DNA from: Flectonema sp. DT1601
Taxonomy: Eukaryota
Length of the DNA stretch: 64,000 bases
NCBI GenBank assembly: GCA_964019425.1
Contig: OZ025804.1
Location: forward strand, 806,001 to 870,000
Reading direction: 5' to 3'
Positions 1 through 9,874 of this stretch are shown one piece after another. The position numbers were made by a program, and so were the translations under genes. Position 1 is the first letter of the stretch; each line of letters begins with the position of its first letter. The notes beneath the pieces were generated by a model. The model did no database searches and had not been told where the DNA came from. It saw nothing but the letters and a program-made list of their open reading frames with translations.

Positions 1-2
1 TT

Positions 3-3000
3 TCGAATTTGATTGCGTTTGTTGTTGGAGAGGAAGTGGGTGATTGGGCGGTTCCAAAACGATCATATCTTCCAATAAAACATCGGGTGTCAGCAAAGAT
101 GGCAAGCGAATCGTTCAAGCAAACACTTCCTCCTCAACGTGAATTTCAAAAAATGCTTCTCGAGCAGGACATTCAATACCACGTAATCAGACTTCTGAGA
201 GCTAGTTTCGTCTTAAAGGGTGAGAAGGAAGGATTATCAGGTGGATTACACATAAGTGAAATAAACGAAGTTAGATACCAAGTTCTTCATCGAATACTGA
301 CTTTAGGTTACAGATTGGTTATGAAGAGTGTGGTTGGGGCACCTGATTTGGCAGTCAATTTAACACATTTTTTAAATTTTTTTGAATCTCAATCTGGATA
401 CAGACTAAACACTACTGACACCATCCACGCTATAGTCCACAACAACGACAGGATTCTGAGAGATTTAACTGACGAAATGATATTAAAATTAATCGAACTG
501 CTGCACAATTTTGGTCGCAGTCCAAGTTACTTAAATCTACTAGCAGCGTTGTGTGTTTGTAATGGAAATGGTCAACTACGATCACAACACATTATATGTG
601 AACGGTTATTGGAGTGTGGTGATGCACCAGACATCGAAAGGACTCCTTTATTATATAGCACTCGTTTAAAAGACGGTGGGTTGTGGATTCAAATATTACC
701 ATCTCACCACAGGGAAGCAACACTTAGTTGTAATGATCCAGAGACTTTGTCTTGGGAAAATTTTCCAGTTTTGCTTCGTGATGATGCTAGTCCTTCTGCT
801 AGTCAAACAGACGTCATCAGTAGGTGGGTCACTCTGGGTGACTTTGTAGCGAAGGAGTCGAGTACCACCATTCGGTATTTCGAAAAACAACTTCACTTGT
901 TTGCCTGCATCGCTACAGGAAATGACGATTGCGCGATGAAAGTGTCAGCAAAGATACCAAAAAGTCATATTCTTGCTGCACTCGCAAAGACAAAATGGAC
1001 CGAAGATGCAGATGCTGTCCGCACTGGTTTCTTAGAATTAGCTAGAGTAGTTCACTTACATCCAGCAGCTGTTGATTTTGATGACTGTGATGCCGACGTT
1101 CACGAATTCATCGAAAACATAAAAGACTTACTAACACGAGATCTATCTGTTTCCACTAGATTGATAGTTCCTCAAATACAAAAGAATCGACTGGTTTGTG
1201 AGATGTTAAACTGTACGATGTTCTTAACACAAAATGATTTTTTTACTTCTAAAGAATTACAAAATCTCGTACCAGTTCTTTGTAAGGTGCTTGACCCTTC
1301 TGATGATGTTAAAAAAACACTTATTGGAGGTGCTGTTGGGAGAGAAGCAAAGGCTCGACGGGATAGTTTTTGCAACTTAGATCCTGACAGTTGGTCTTTC
1401 CTAGTGAGAGCTATTGAAGAAAGCTTGACTGAAGTCAATCACGCTGACAGTCGTTTCGAAGCTACTGAAGAAAATAAGGTAGTCATGTCTTGTAAGCTAG
1501 TTTGTTGTCTTATATTAGAAACACTTTATAAACAAAAACAACCAATCGGAGATTGGGTTCTATCATCACTATCAGTAAGAGGTCCTTATGGATCCGTCCT
1601 AACTGGAAGACGAGCACTCGTTAAGATATTAATTTGCATTACATTATATAAAGGAAATCAGAAATTGTTTCATGTTGCTTTTCAACTGCTATGTAGATGT
1701 TTAAGTGAAGAAGAAGATGGTTTTATTGAGTGTACAGGAACCTTTGAGGATCCCTCGACTGAACAAGATTCAGAACATCCGGCTATCATTGCATTCGCTG
1801 AATTATTATCACAAGACGTAGCTCATCAAAAGGAACAATTACTCGCAGATGACATGTCAATTGGTGGTAAGCTCACCAGACATTTAGTAAACCATTTCAA
1901 AGAAAACCCATACGATGATACGACAAGTGTTTCACTAGCTCTCAGAGTACTCCGCAGAGTTATCTATTCAGCTAAGAATAGAGATGGTGAAACAGGAATG
2001 GTCGCTATGCAAGATATTTTAAACTCATTGGGATGCACAGAATTGGTAACAACTCTCATTCAGGCACCAGGATCAGAAGATGTTGTTCATCAGGCATTGT
2101 TGTTTGGAATTGCTCTCCTTGAAGAGGGTAATTTACAAGTTCAAGGCTGCTTAATGAAATATTTTGAAACACTAAACGATGAATCGTTCTTCGCATCATT
2201 ACGAAGTAGAATGCAAAGGGGGTTAGCATTGACTAAGGAAGCTCAAATGCGTGAAAAGAGACGAGCAATGGAAACATCAAATATAGGAACACCGATGCAT
2301 CCAACAAGCGCAGCTGGTGGAAGTGACGGACCTGGGTCACCATCATCAACAAGAGATGTTTTAGTACCTTTTTACCTTGAAACTAATTTATGGCATGTAA
2401 AAGACGTTCTTAGATTACTTCAGTTATTCTGTGAAGGACATAATCTTGATCTTCAGAACTATATTCATTCTCAACCTGACAATCTTCATTCTATGGACTT
2501 AGTGAAGGAAAGCATTTTATTATTGAAAGCTATTCTCGGATTACGACTATCACACATGGACAGTTACTTAATGGAAATAGTTCTTCAAGGTTTCAACTCT
2601 CTAACTGAATATTGTCAAGGTCCCTGCAAGGATAATCAAACAGCTATTGTTCATTCTCATGTAGCAAATGAGGTAACAATTGTACTAAGTACTGAGTACA
2701 CGGAACTAACTGGAGGTAGAATCAGTCAAGAAGAAGCTGATCAAGTAAGAAACGCTGCGACAATAACACTGTTGGCATTACTCGAGGGATGTCAAGAAAG
2801 AGATCATCCAAAAACCATACTTCGAACTCTTGATTTAGGTTTAATTGGTGTAGCCTTAGACGATTGTTGGGCAAATCGAAAATCCACAAATCACGACGGG
2901 GAAGACTCTGCTTTAATCCTGGGATTTAATTTATTTATTTTTATGGAAACGATGTCCGCCTTCGATGATCGAGGATACCTCGAAAACAACAAGTTCTTCA

Positions 3001-5753
3001 TGAGAAGTGATGCCGGGTTTACTTATTTCACGGCAATGACGGGGAGAATTGAGATCAGCAGGGATTCGAACTTGGAGAGAGTTTATTTTAGGATTCCGGA
3101 AATTTGTTTGAATTTGAGCGAGGCAACTAAAAAGCAAGTTCTCTGGACTGTTGACAGAGACACTCCGGCTGCTAGAATCTCATCGTTTTTTAGCATGGCT
3201 GACGACGTTTTATTTGAGATGAAATACAGCGATCTTCACTTCTCTGAGAGGGTACTACGTGATGCAAAGAGAACCCTCGCAACATCCTATGTCAGTGAAG
3301 TCGGAGCCCTTATTCCAGCGACATTTGACATACTAAAAGTAATTATTCATCGTAACGTAACAAAGATAGAATCTCACACAATATCATTGGCTCTATTTAC
3401 AAACATGTTGGTATTAGTTTGTCATCCTTATGGTCCCTTTTCATCAATCACATTGGGTCTACTCGGTATCGTACAGTGCTGTCTAACATTGGCGTGTCTG
3501 ATTCATACTATGATTGCGTTGGGACCTATCCTTGCGCATAAAAAGAAAAAAAAAGCAGCTGACGTGAAATGGTCGAGATTTCATGCGGAGTTGGGAACAC
3601 AACAAATACTTGCGTTAAGGGATCACGTCACGGAGTGTAATGAGGCGATTGGTTTGGAAAAAACAGGAAGAGGAAACACATTCAGAGCAAAGAGGGAGCA
3701 TAATCCGGAATGGGGAATATTTAGACAAAGTCCTCAACTTCCTGCAGCAACACCTCATCTAAGTCCAAGTCCTACTGGGAGTGGATTCCTTGATGGGTTT
3801 GTAGCAGAGCGAACTGTTATGAATTCAAACGATCCAGAAGACGATGGCTATGAAACAGATCCTGGTATTCAACAACTTACTGTTCGTAAAGGTACTGGTA
3901 GAGTTAGAGGTGCCAGTACTATGAGAACACCCAGTGGTGTTGGTAAGAATCTTGGTACTAATCAAGGAAAGTGGCTTGGTGGCGGACTCGATCCTCTACC
4001 AACATCACCATCAGTAAGTCGATGGGTTAAGAAACAAGCACTTGAATCGAATCTTCAGGATATTGTATTAGAGGAATCATTTCATGCTGTCTCAGAAGAG
4101 GATGAGATTGGAGGCGTCGGATCATTTCGAGTAAAGAAACAAAAGCGACTAACTGGAAAGAATTCAGTAAATCGACCGCATCGTCGTAGACGTCGATCAT
4201 CAAGTCACGGTCAGGTCGATCTTAAGAAAGAAAAAGATGAACCATTAACACCTCTACTCAGCGTTACTCGAATGCAAACATCACAGTCACCGAGACACTC
4301 ATTTAATGAAAGAGGAACAGTTAAAAGTGATTCTAATCAACATTTGAGTATAACAAAATCAAATACCACTTCAATCAAAAGTATGGGAAGCAGTAGAAAT
4401 GTATCTCCTCACCAAAGTCCCCTACCAGCAAGAAGTGGAAGCTCTGGCAGTACGATGAATGCGGTCAGTCCTTCAGCTCGTCGAGGTAAGGAAGGGATTC
4501 ATACCCCTACTGTGGTACCTGCTCCATCACCAGCACCAGCAGCAGCTTATGAGGGATTAACTGGTACGACTGCAATGTCTACAAAGCATTACTGGTTTAT
4601 TCTACTGTGTTTGGTTTCAGAACCGTCTTTTTTAGCATTGTTGGGTATGGTGATTACATCTATACTTGGAGTTGTTGTGTCTCCACTGTTTCTGACTGTC
4701 CATTTATTTTCAATCGTTTCTGGATCGACTGTATTGCAATCTGTAATTCGAAGCATAACCAAGAATGGAAAATCTCTATTGCTCACAGGTCTACTGGCAG
4801 TGTTTGTTATTTACATGTTTAGTGTGATTGGATTTTTATTTTTTCAAGATTCTTTTGATAATCCTGAAACTACTTGTGGAACACTTTTACGATGCTTTGC
4901 CCACTCTCTATTCAACGGTATCAGAGCAGGTGGTGGAATTGGTGACCTGATGGAAGCACCCACTACAACTCTTGATGTAATTTTTGATGCAGGATATGGA
5001 GCAAGAGCTACTTATGATTTTTTATTTTTCGTGATCGTGATCGTCATCTTGTTGAATATTATTTTTGGTATTATCATCGATACTTTTGCTGAACTTAGAT
5101 CGGAAAAACAAAAAATCGACGATGATATTAAAACAAAATGCTTCATTTGCGGCATTGAATCATCAGAATTCGAAAGACACGCTGACGGTTTCGACTACCA
5201 CATCAAACGTGATCACAATATGTGGCTTTATATTTATTTTATTCATCATTTACGTACAAAGGAGGCATCTGAGTTTACTGGACAAGAGTCTCACGTGTAC
5301 GATAGAATGACGGAGCATGATTTATCTTTTTTCCCTACCAATAGGGCAATCTGTCTTCAAAATAAAGCTTCTCAGGGTCAAGATTCAACTTCTGACAGAC
5401 TCCTCTTTCAGCCATCACAGAAATTTGCAACTCGTCAGTTAGAAGCGATTGAAACGAAACTTGCTGACGTTAAAAATGAGTCGAAGACTCAGTATAAGAA
5501 AATGGAAATGTTGGAGCGTCGTTCGCGTGAAATGACACAATTACTGCAATCGGTTTTAACAGAAGTTCAGAGAGCATCTCACAATAACAACCAAGACGTT
5601 GATAGCCCAGTTCAAACAAACCACAGCCCAGCATCTCAAAGAGCGAGAAGAAGTACTGCTCACGATGTCTCTGATCCTGGTGCTGTACGAAGATCGAGAA
5701 GTACTTCTGTCTTTACCAGCGCTAAAAGTTTTATCGGTAGGCCTCATGCTTAG
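3..5753 (+). CDS. ITPR: Inositol 1,4,5-trisphosphate receptor-like Ca2+ release channel (5' end upstream of window)
   Basis: Frame is open from the window start. RIH-like region, RIH-associated motif (LRLLQLFCEGHNLDLQNY; SLTEYCQGPCKDNQ), pore GIRAGGGIGD, S6 LNIIFGIIIDTFAELR and C-terminal KCFICG...HNMW zinc motif are present. Confidence 0.93.
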   Translation, partial: SNLIAFVVGEEVGDWAVPKRSYLPIKHRVSAKMASESFKQTLPPQREFQKMLLEQDIQYHVIRLLRASFVLKGEKEGLSGGLHISEINEVRYQVLHRILTLGYRLVMKSVVGAPDLAVNLTHFLNFFESQSGYRLNTTDTIHAIVHNNDRILRDLTDEMILKLIELLHNFGRSPSYLNLLAALCVCNGNGQLRSQHIICERLLECGDAPDIERTPLLYSTRLKDGGLWIQILPSHHREATLSCNDPETLSWENFPVLLRDDASPSASQTDVISRWVTLGDFVAKESSTTIRYFEKQLHLFACIATGNDDCAMKVSAKIPKSHILAALAKTKWTEDADAVRTGFLELARVVHLHPAAVDFDDCDADVHEFIENIKDLLTRDLSVSTRLIVPQIQKNRLVCEMLNCTMFLTQNDFFTSKELQNLVPVLCKVLDPSDDVKKTLIGGAVGREAKARRDSFCNLDPDSWSFLVRAIEESLTEVNHADSRFEATEENKVVMSCKLVCCLILETLYKQKQPIGDWVLSSLSVRGPYGSVLTGRRALVKILICITLYKGNQKLFHVAFQLLCRCLSEEEDGFIECTGTFEDPSTEQDSEHPAIIAFAELLSQDVAHQKEQLLADDMSIGGKLTRHLVNHFKENPYDDTTSVSLALRVLRRVIYSAKNRDGETGMVAMQDILNSLGCTELVTTLIQAPGSEDVVHQALLFGIALLEEGNLQVQGCLMKYFETLNDESFFASLRSRMQRGLALTKEAQMREKRRAMETSNIGTPMHPTSAAGGSDGPGSPSSTRDVLVPFYLETNLWHVKDVLRLLQLFCEGHNLDLQNYIHSQPDNLHSMDLVKESILLLKAILGLRLSHMDSYLMEIVLQGFNSLTEYCQGPCKDNQTAIVHSHVANEVTIVLSTEYTELTGGRISQEEADQVRNAATITLLALLEGCQERDHPKTILRTLDLGLIGVALDDCWANRKSTNHDGEDSALILGFNLFIFMETMSAFDDRGYLENNKFFMRSDAGFTYFTAMTGRIEISRDSNLERVYFRIPEICLNLSEATKKQVLWTVDRDTPAARISSFFSMADDVLFEMKYSDLHFSERVLRDAKRTLATSYVSEVGALIPATFDILKVIIHRNVTKIESHTISLALFTNMLVLVCHPYGPFSSITLGLLGIVQCCLTLACLIHTMIALGPILAHKKKKKAADVKWSRFHAELGTQQILALRDHVTECNEAIGLEKTGRGNTFRAKREHNPEWGIFRQSPQLPAATPHLSPSPTGSGFLDGFVAERTVMNSNDPEDDGYETDPGIQQLTVRKGTGRVRGASTMRTPSGVGKNLGTNQGKWLGGGLDPLPTSPSVSRWVKKQALESNLQDIVLEESFHAVSEEDEIGGVGSFRVKKQKRLTGKNSVNRPHRRRRRSSSHGQVDLKKEKDEPLTPLLSVTRMQTSQSPRHSFNERGTVKSDSNQHLSITKSNTTSIKSMGSSRNVSPHQSPLPARSGSSGSTMNAVSPSARRGKEGIHTPTVVPAPSPAPAAAYEGLTGTTAMSTKHYWFILLCLVSEPSFLALLGMVITSILGVVVSPLFLTVHLFSIVSGSTVLQSVIRSITKNGKSLLLTGLLAVFVIYMFSVIGFLFFQDSFDNPETTCGTLLRCFAHSLFNGIRAGGGIGDLMEAPTTTLDVIFDAGYGARATYDFLFFVIVIVILLNIIFGIIIDTFAELRSEKQKIDDDIKTKCFICGIESSEFERHADGFDYHIKRDHNMWLYIYFIHHLRTKEASEFTGQESHVYDRMTEHDLSFFPTNRAICLQNKASQGQDSTSDRLLFQPSQKFATRQLEAIETKLADVKNESKTQYKKMEMLERRSREMTQLLQSVLTEVQRASHNNNQDVDSPVQTNHSPASQRARRSTAHDVSDPGAVRRSRSTSVFTSAKSFIGRPHA

Positions 5754-6456
5754 TGACTTTTCTCTTTTTTCTTTTTTTTTAAAAAAAGTTATATTTTTTT
5801 TAGTACCTGCTATTTGTTAACATTTTTCAGTTGCGTTCGTTATTACTTTTCTTTTGTGAGATGCAACTTTTGACTAGTGCCCTTCACTGGGCTACAGTAA
5901 AAAGGAGAAATGTACAACTGGCAACAGTTAACCTGAAACGAGGACGAAGATCAGACGTTGGGTACTTTGCGTCACTTACTACCTGGTTTTTACGTTTTTT
6001 TGAATTGTTTAATTTTAGTCGCATTGTCTTCAGATGTCATTAAATGATTACGTTGGATTGATGCCTCACCGCCACACTTTTTTTTTTTTTTTTATTCTTC
6101 GTTGGCCATTCTTTATCCCCCCCAAAGTGAAAAGACGAATTACTTGTCTTTCTTTTTCCACCTTTGTTACCTTACGGGCACATATGTGAAAAATAGATTT
6201 TGAAAAAAAGAAAAATAAATAAAAAAAGGAACCAATTCTTCGTTGTCTGAACCAAAGCCGATTGAATTGTATTTTAGTTCCTTTTTTTTCTTTTTCTTTT
6301 CTTCTATTTTACATACAGCCATAGATAGATTGGGGGACAAAGTGCTTCTCCTCTTAGGGAAATTTTAACGAAAAAAAAAAAAACGTGAAATAAAATAAAA
6401 TAAAAGTAAAATAGAGTTATTAGGTGGAAATAATATAAGCAAAGGGGGGTTGATTG

Positions 6457-6496
<40 letters not shown>

Positions 6497-6965
6497 ATTT
6501 CTACGTGTAAATTTTTATATGTGACCTGACCACTATGGAAAAAAAAAAGAAAAGCTTGGGCGGCAGGTTACATAAGTTCATTGTACGAACCGAAATAGTT
6601 CATCGCAAAAAAAGAAAAGAAAAGAAAGAAAAAATGAGCTAGTAGTGTTCATGACTCTAACAAAGAGTAACCTTGTTGGCATATTTCTCTTAATGTGTGT
6701 TCTGCGAAATTGAGATTTTTTTGCCTTGTTTTTTTTTTTTTTTTGGTGTTATTGCGAAGTGCATTTCCCGTTTTTTTTTTTTTTGTTATAGTTATCTTTT
6801 TTGTATAACCTTAGTTCTTTTAAGTAATGACCAATTAAATGACGTTCAAAACAGAATGTATTAGGAGACTTTATTGATTGGTTGGTGAAGCAGCTTAGTA
6901 ATGTAATTGGTTTTATTTTTTATCATCTTTGTGTTATTTCAGCTTACCAAGTCACCTAACAAACA

Positions 6966-7446
6966 ATGGGAAAGGTTCGTACAAAGACCGTTAAGAAGGC
7001 TGCTCGTCTCATCGTTGAGAAGTACTACACTAAGTTGACTCGTGACTTCCATACCAACAAGAAGGTTATCGTTGAAGTTAGTATGATCCCATCAAAGAGA
7101 TTGAGGAACAAGATCAGTGGATTCACTACCCACTTGATGAAGAGAATCGCACGTGGACCAGTTCGTGGAATCTCTTTGAAGCTTCAGGAGGAAGAGCGTG
7201 AGAGAAGAATGGACTTCGTTCCAGAGGTTTGTTTTTTTAAAATAATGTTTCAGAACCAAGTCTTCTCATGTTGATATCATTACAAAATATTGTGAAGTTC
7301 TTCTCAATTCAAACAAAACACACAAACAGGTCTCTGTTGTCGACCAGACCATCGCTGACGGTATCGAAGTCGATGACGTCGTCTTCCAGATGTTGAAGGA
7401 CATGAACATGGGAGACCTCAACAACTTGAAGAAGGTCAGAGCCTAA
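6966..7446 (+). CDS. RPS17: 40S ribosomal protein S17 (eS17), copy 1; exons 6966-7226, 7330-7446
   Basis: [14 protein letters not shown]...[20 protein letters not shown]...ACAG intron 7227-7329 restores C-terminus VSVVDQ...KVRA*. Confidence 0.96.
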
Positions 7447-7808
7447 AATTCACATCCAATGTTTTTTAATTGAGTACCCTATTCTGGTTAGAAACTAAGG
7501 CAAGGAATCAAAATAAAGGAATTACAAAAGGCGCTATTTTATGCAATCCTAAGTGTAGTCAAATCAGTATCGCGATGGTTTCCTTCGTGTAGACTTGGAA
7601 GGGCAATCCTTACAACACATCTTTGATTGAATAATTATTATTATTACTAAACAGGTAGTCTCTCATGGATATGTGACATTTAAGTTTTCAAATGTAAGTA
7701 GGGGCAGGTTGCGGGTGATTCAACTTTCCTTTTCACAAATGGAGTGTTAAAAAGAATGATTGATTATTATTATTATTATTATCTCCGCTTAATAGCACCT
7801 AACAAACA

Positions 7809-8690
7809 ATGGGAAAGGTTCGTACAAAGACCGTTAAGAAGGCTGCTCGTCTCATCGTTGAGAAGTACTACACTAAGTTGACTCGTGACTTCCATACCAA
7901 CAAGAAGGTTATCGTTGAAGTTAGTATGATCCCATCAAAGAGATTGAGGAACAAGATCAGTGGATTCACTACCCACTTGATGAAGAGAATCGCACGTGGA
8001 CCAGTTCGTGGAATCTCTTTGAAGCTTCAGGAGGAAGAGCGTGAGAGAAGAATGGACTTCGTTCCAGAGGTTTGTTTTTTAATTATTTTTAATTAGATGA
8101 CGAGGCGCTGGTTCGGCAAACCTATGTCAACCCTTGTTTCCTCTGCTTTTGGTATCATTTGTTAATTTGTTTTGTGAAACCTAATTTGAGAAGCGATGTG
8201 CTGGTTTGCACAGCACGTCGAGTTCATCGTTCCTTGTCCTTCCGCGATGTCCGGTCTCTTGACGGCCTCGGGTGGCGTGTCGGTCCTTGCTCGCAGAGTT
8301 CCCTTGTACATCTTTTTCCCAGTTCAGGTCGAAACACTTCTTGAAGTCCGTGCGTTGTGGTCACTTCACCGAGGTCAATCCCTTCGGTAACCGTACTGCC
8401 CGTCGTGTGCCCATTTCTCTTGCCATTCCGTTACGTCCTTCTCTATACGTACACAAGCCCCATAGCCTGTACAGTGCGGATGCTACCGTTGTCTATTGCA
8501 TCATGTTGATTGTGTTGTGTCTCCATGAGAGAATAAAAACTTTCATAACTTATTAACCTTACAATTCAAACAGGTCTCTGTTGTCGACCAGACCATCGCT
8601 GACGGTATCGAAGTCGATGACGTCGTCTTCCAGATGTTGAAGGACATGAACATGGGAGACCTCAACAACTTGAAGAAGGTCAGAGCCTAA
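7809..8690 (+). CDS. RPS17: 40S ribosomal protein S17, copy 2; exons 7809-8069, 8574-8690
   Basis: Coding sequence appears identical to copy 1; intron at the same position but a different 504-nt sequence. Confidence 0.95.
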
Positions 8691-9076
8691 AATTCAAAGT
8701 GCTGACAGAGATGTTCCGCTCAGACAGTAGACAGCTGGTGTTGTGAAGGATCTGCTTTCAGTCCGATACCGTGCGGTGGTTGAATGAGAAAGTTCACTTC
8801 ATTCAATTTCGGTATCCTGTTTACGTCTTGGAAAAGAGAAAGAAAAACATTACGCCCGTCATGAATTACTTCAGAGAGGAATCCCTGTCACTTAACAACT
8901 TTACTCTACTTACAAACAGCTCTTTACTTTTATTATGTTGTTTAGAGAGATTAATAATCCTTAAGATACTAAAGGAAACATGTCATATCGTCTGAATGGT
9001 CTTTATCATCGTCTTGATGGTTTTCTGATGTGACAGATTTATTTTTTTCACAGCTACTTTAGACACCTAACAAACA

Positions 9077-9557
9077 ATGGGAAAGGTTCGTACAAAGACC
9101 GTTAAGAAGGCTGCTCGTCTCATCGTTGAGAAGTACTACACTAAGTTGACTCGTGACTTCCATACCAACAAGAAGGTTATCGTTGAAGTTAGTATGATCC
9201 CATCAAAGAGATTGAGGAACAAGATCAGTGGATTCACTACCCACTTGATGAAGAGAATCGCACGTGGACCAGTTCGTGGAATCTCTTTGAAGCTTCAGGA
9301 GGAAGAGCGTGAGAGAAGAATGGACTTCGTTCCAGAGGTTTGTTTTTTTAAAATAATGTTTCAGAACCAAGTCTTCTCATGTTGATATCATTACAAAATA
9401 TTGTGAAGTTCTTCTCAATTCAAACAAAACACACAAACAGGTCTCTGTTGTCGACCAGACCATCGCTGACGGTATCGAAGTCGATGACGTCGTCTTCCAG
9501 ATGTTGAAGGACATGAACATGGGAGACCTCAACAACTTGAAGAAGGTCAGAGCCTAA
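9077..9557 (+). CDS. RPS17: 40S ribosomal protein S17, copy 3; exons 9077-9337, 9441-9557
   Basis: Exons and intron appear identical to copy 1. Confidence 0.96.
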
Positions 9558-9874
9558 AATTCACTTCCAATGTTTTTTAATTGAGTACCCTGTTCTAGTT
9601 GGAAGGTGAATGGGATTAGGTGGAAAAAAAAAAAAAAAAAAAAGAAATCAATCGCAGCGAGTACTCATCTGTGACAGCAGAAGAAGCTTTTGAGTACTAA
9701 AGCTGTCTAGTGGAATGGTGTCGTTTTATTGCTATTACTCACTATGTTTATCGTCTATTTTCATTTACAGCAACCAATGTCGTTTTTTTTAAAAATTTTA
9801 AAAAGAAAATGTATAAATTAAGGTGACCACCCCCTGCAGCTATTTTACTCATCATATTCAGCAGTACCTCAGAA

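Noticed and set aside
8701..8765. Hairpin downstream of RPS17 copy 2 as another AGA RNA
   Set aside because: The stem is imperfect and not followed by an AGA box; single copy with no supporting variation.
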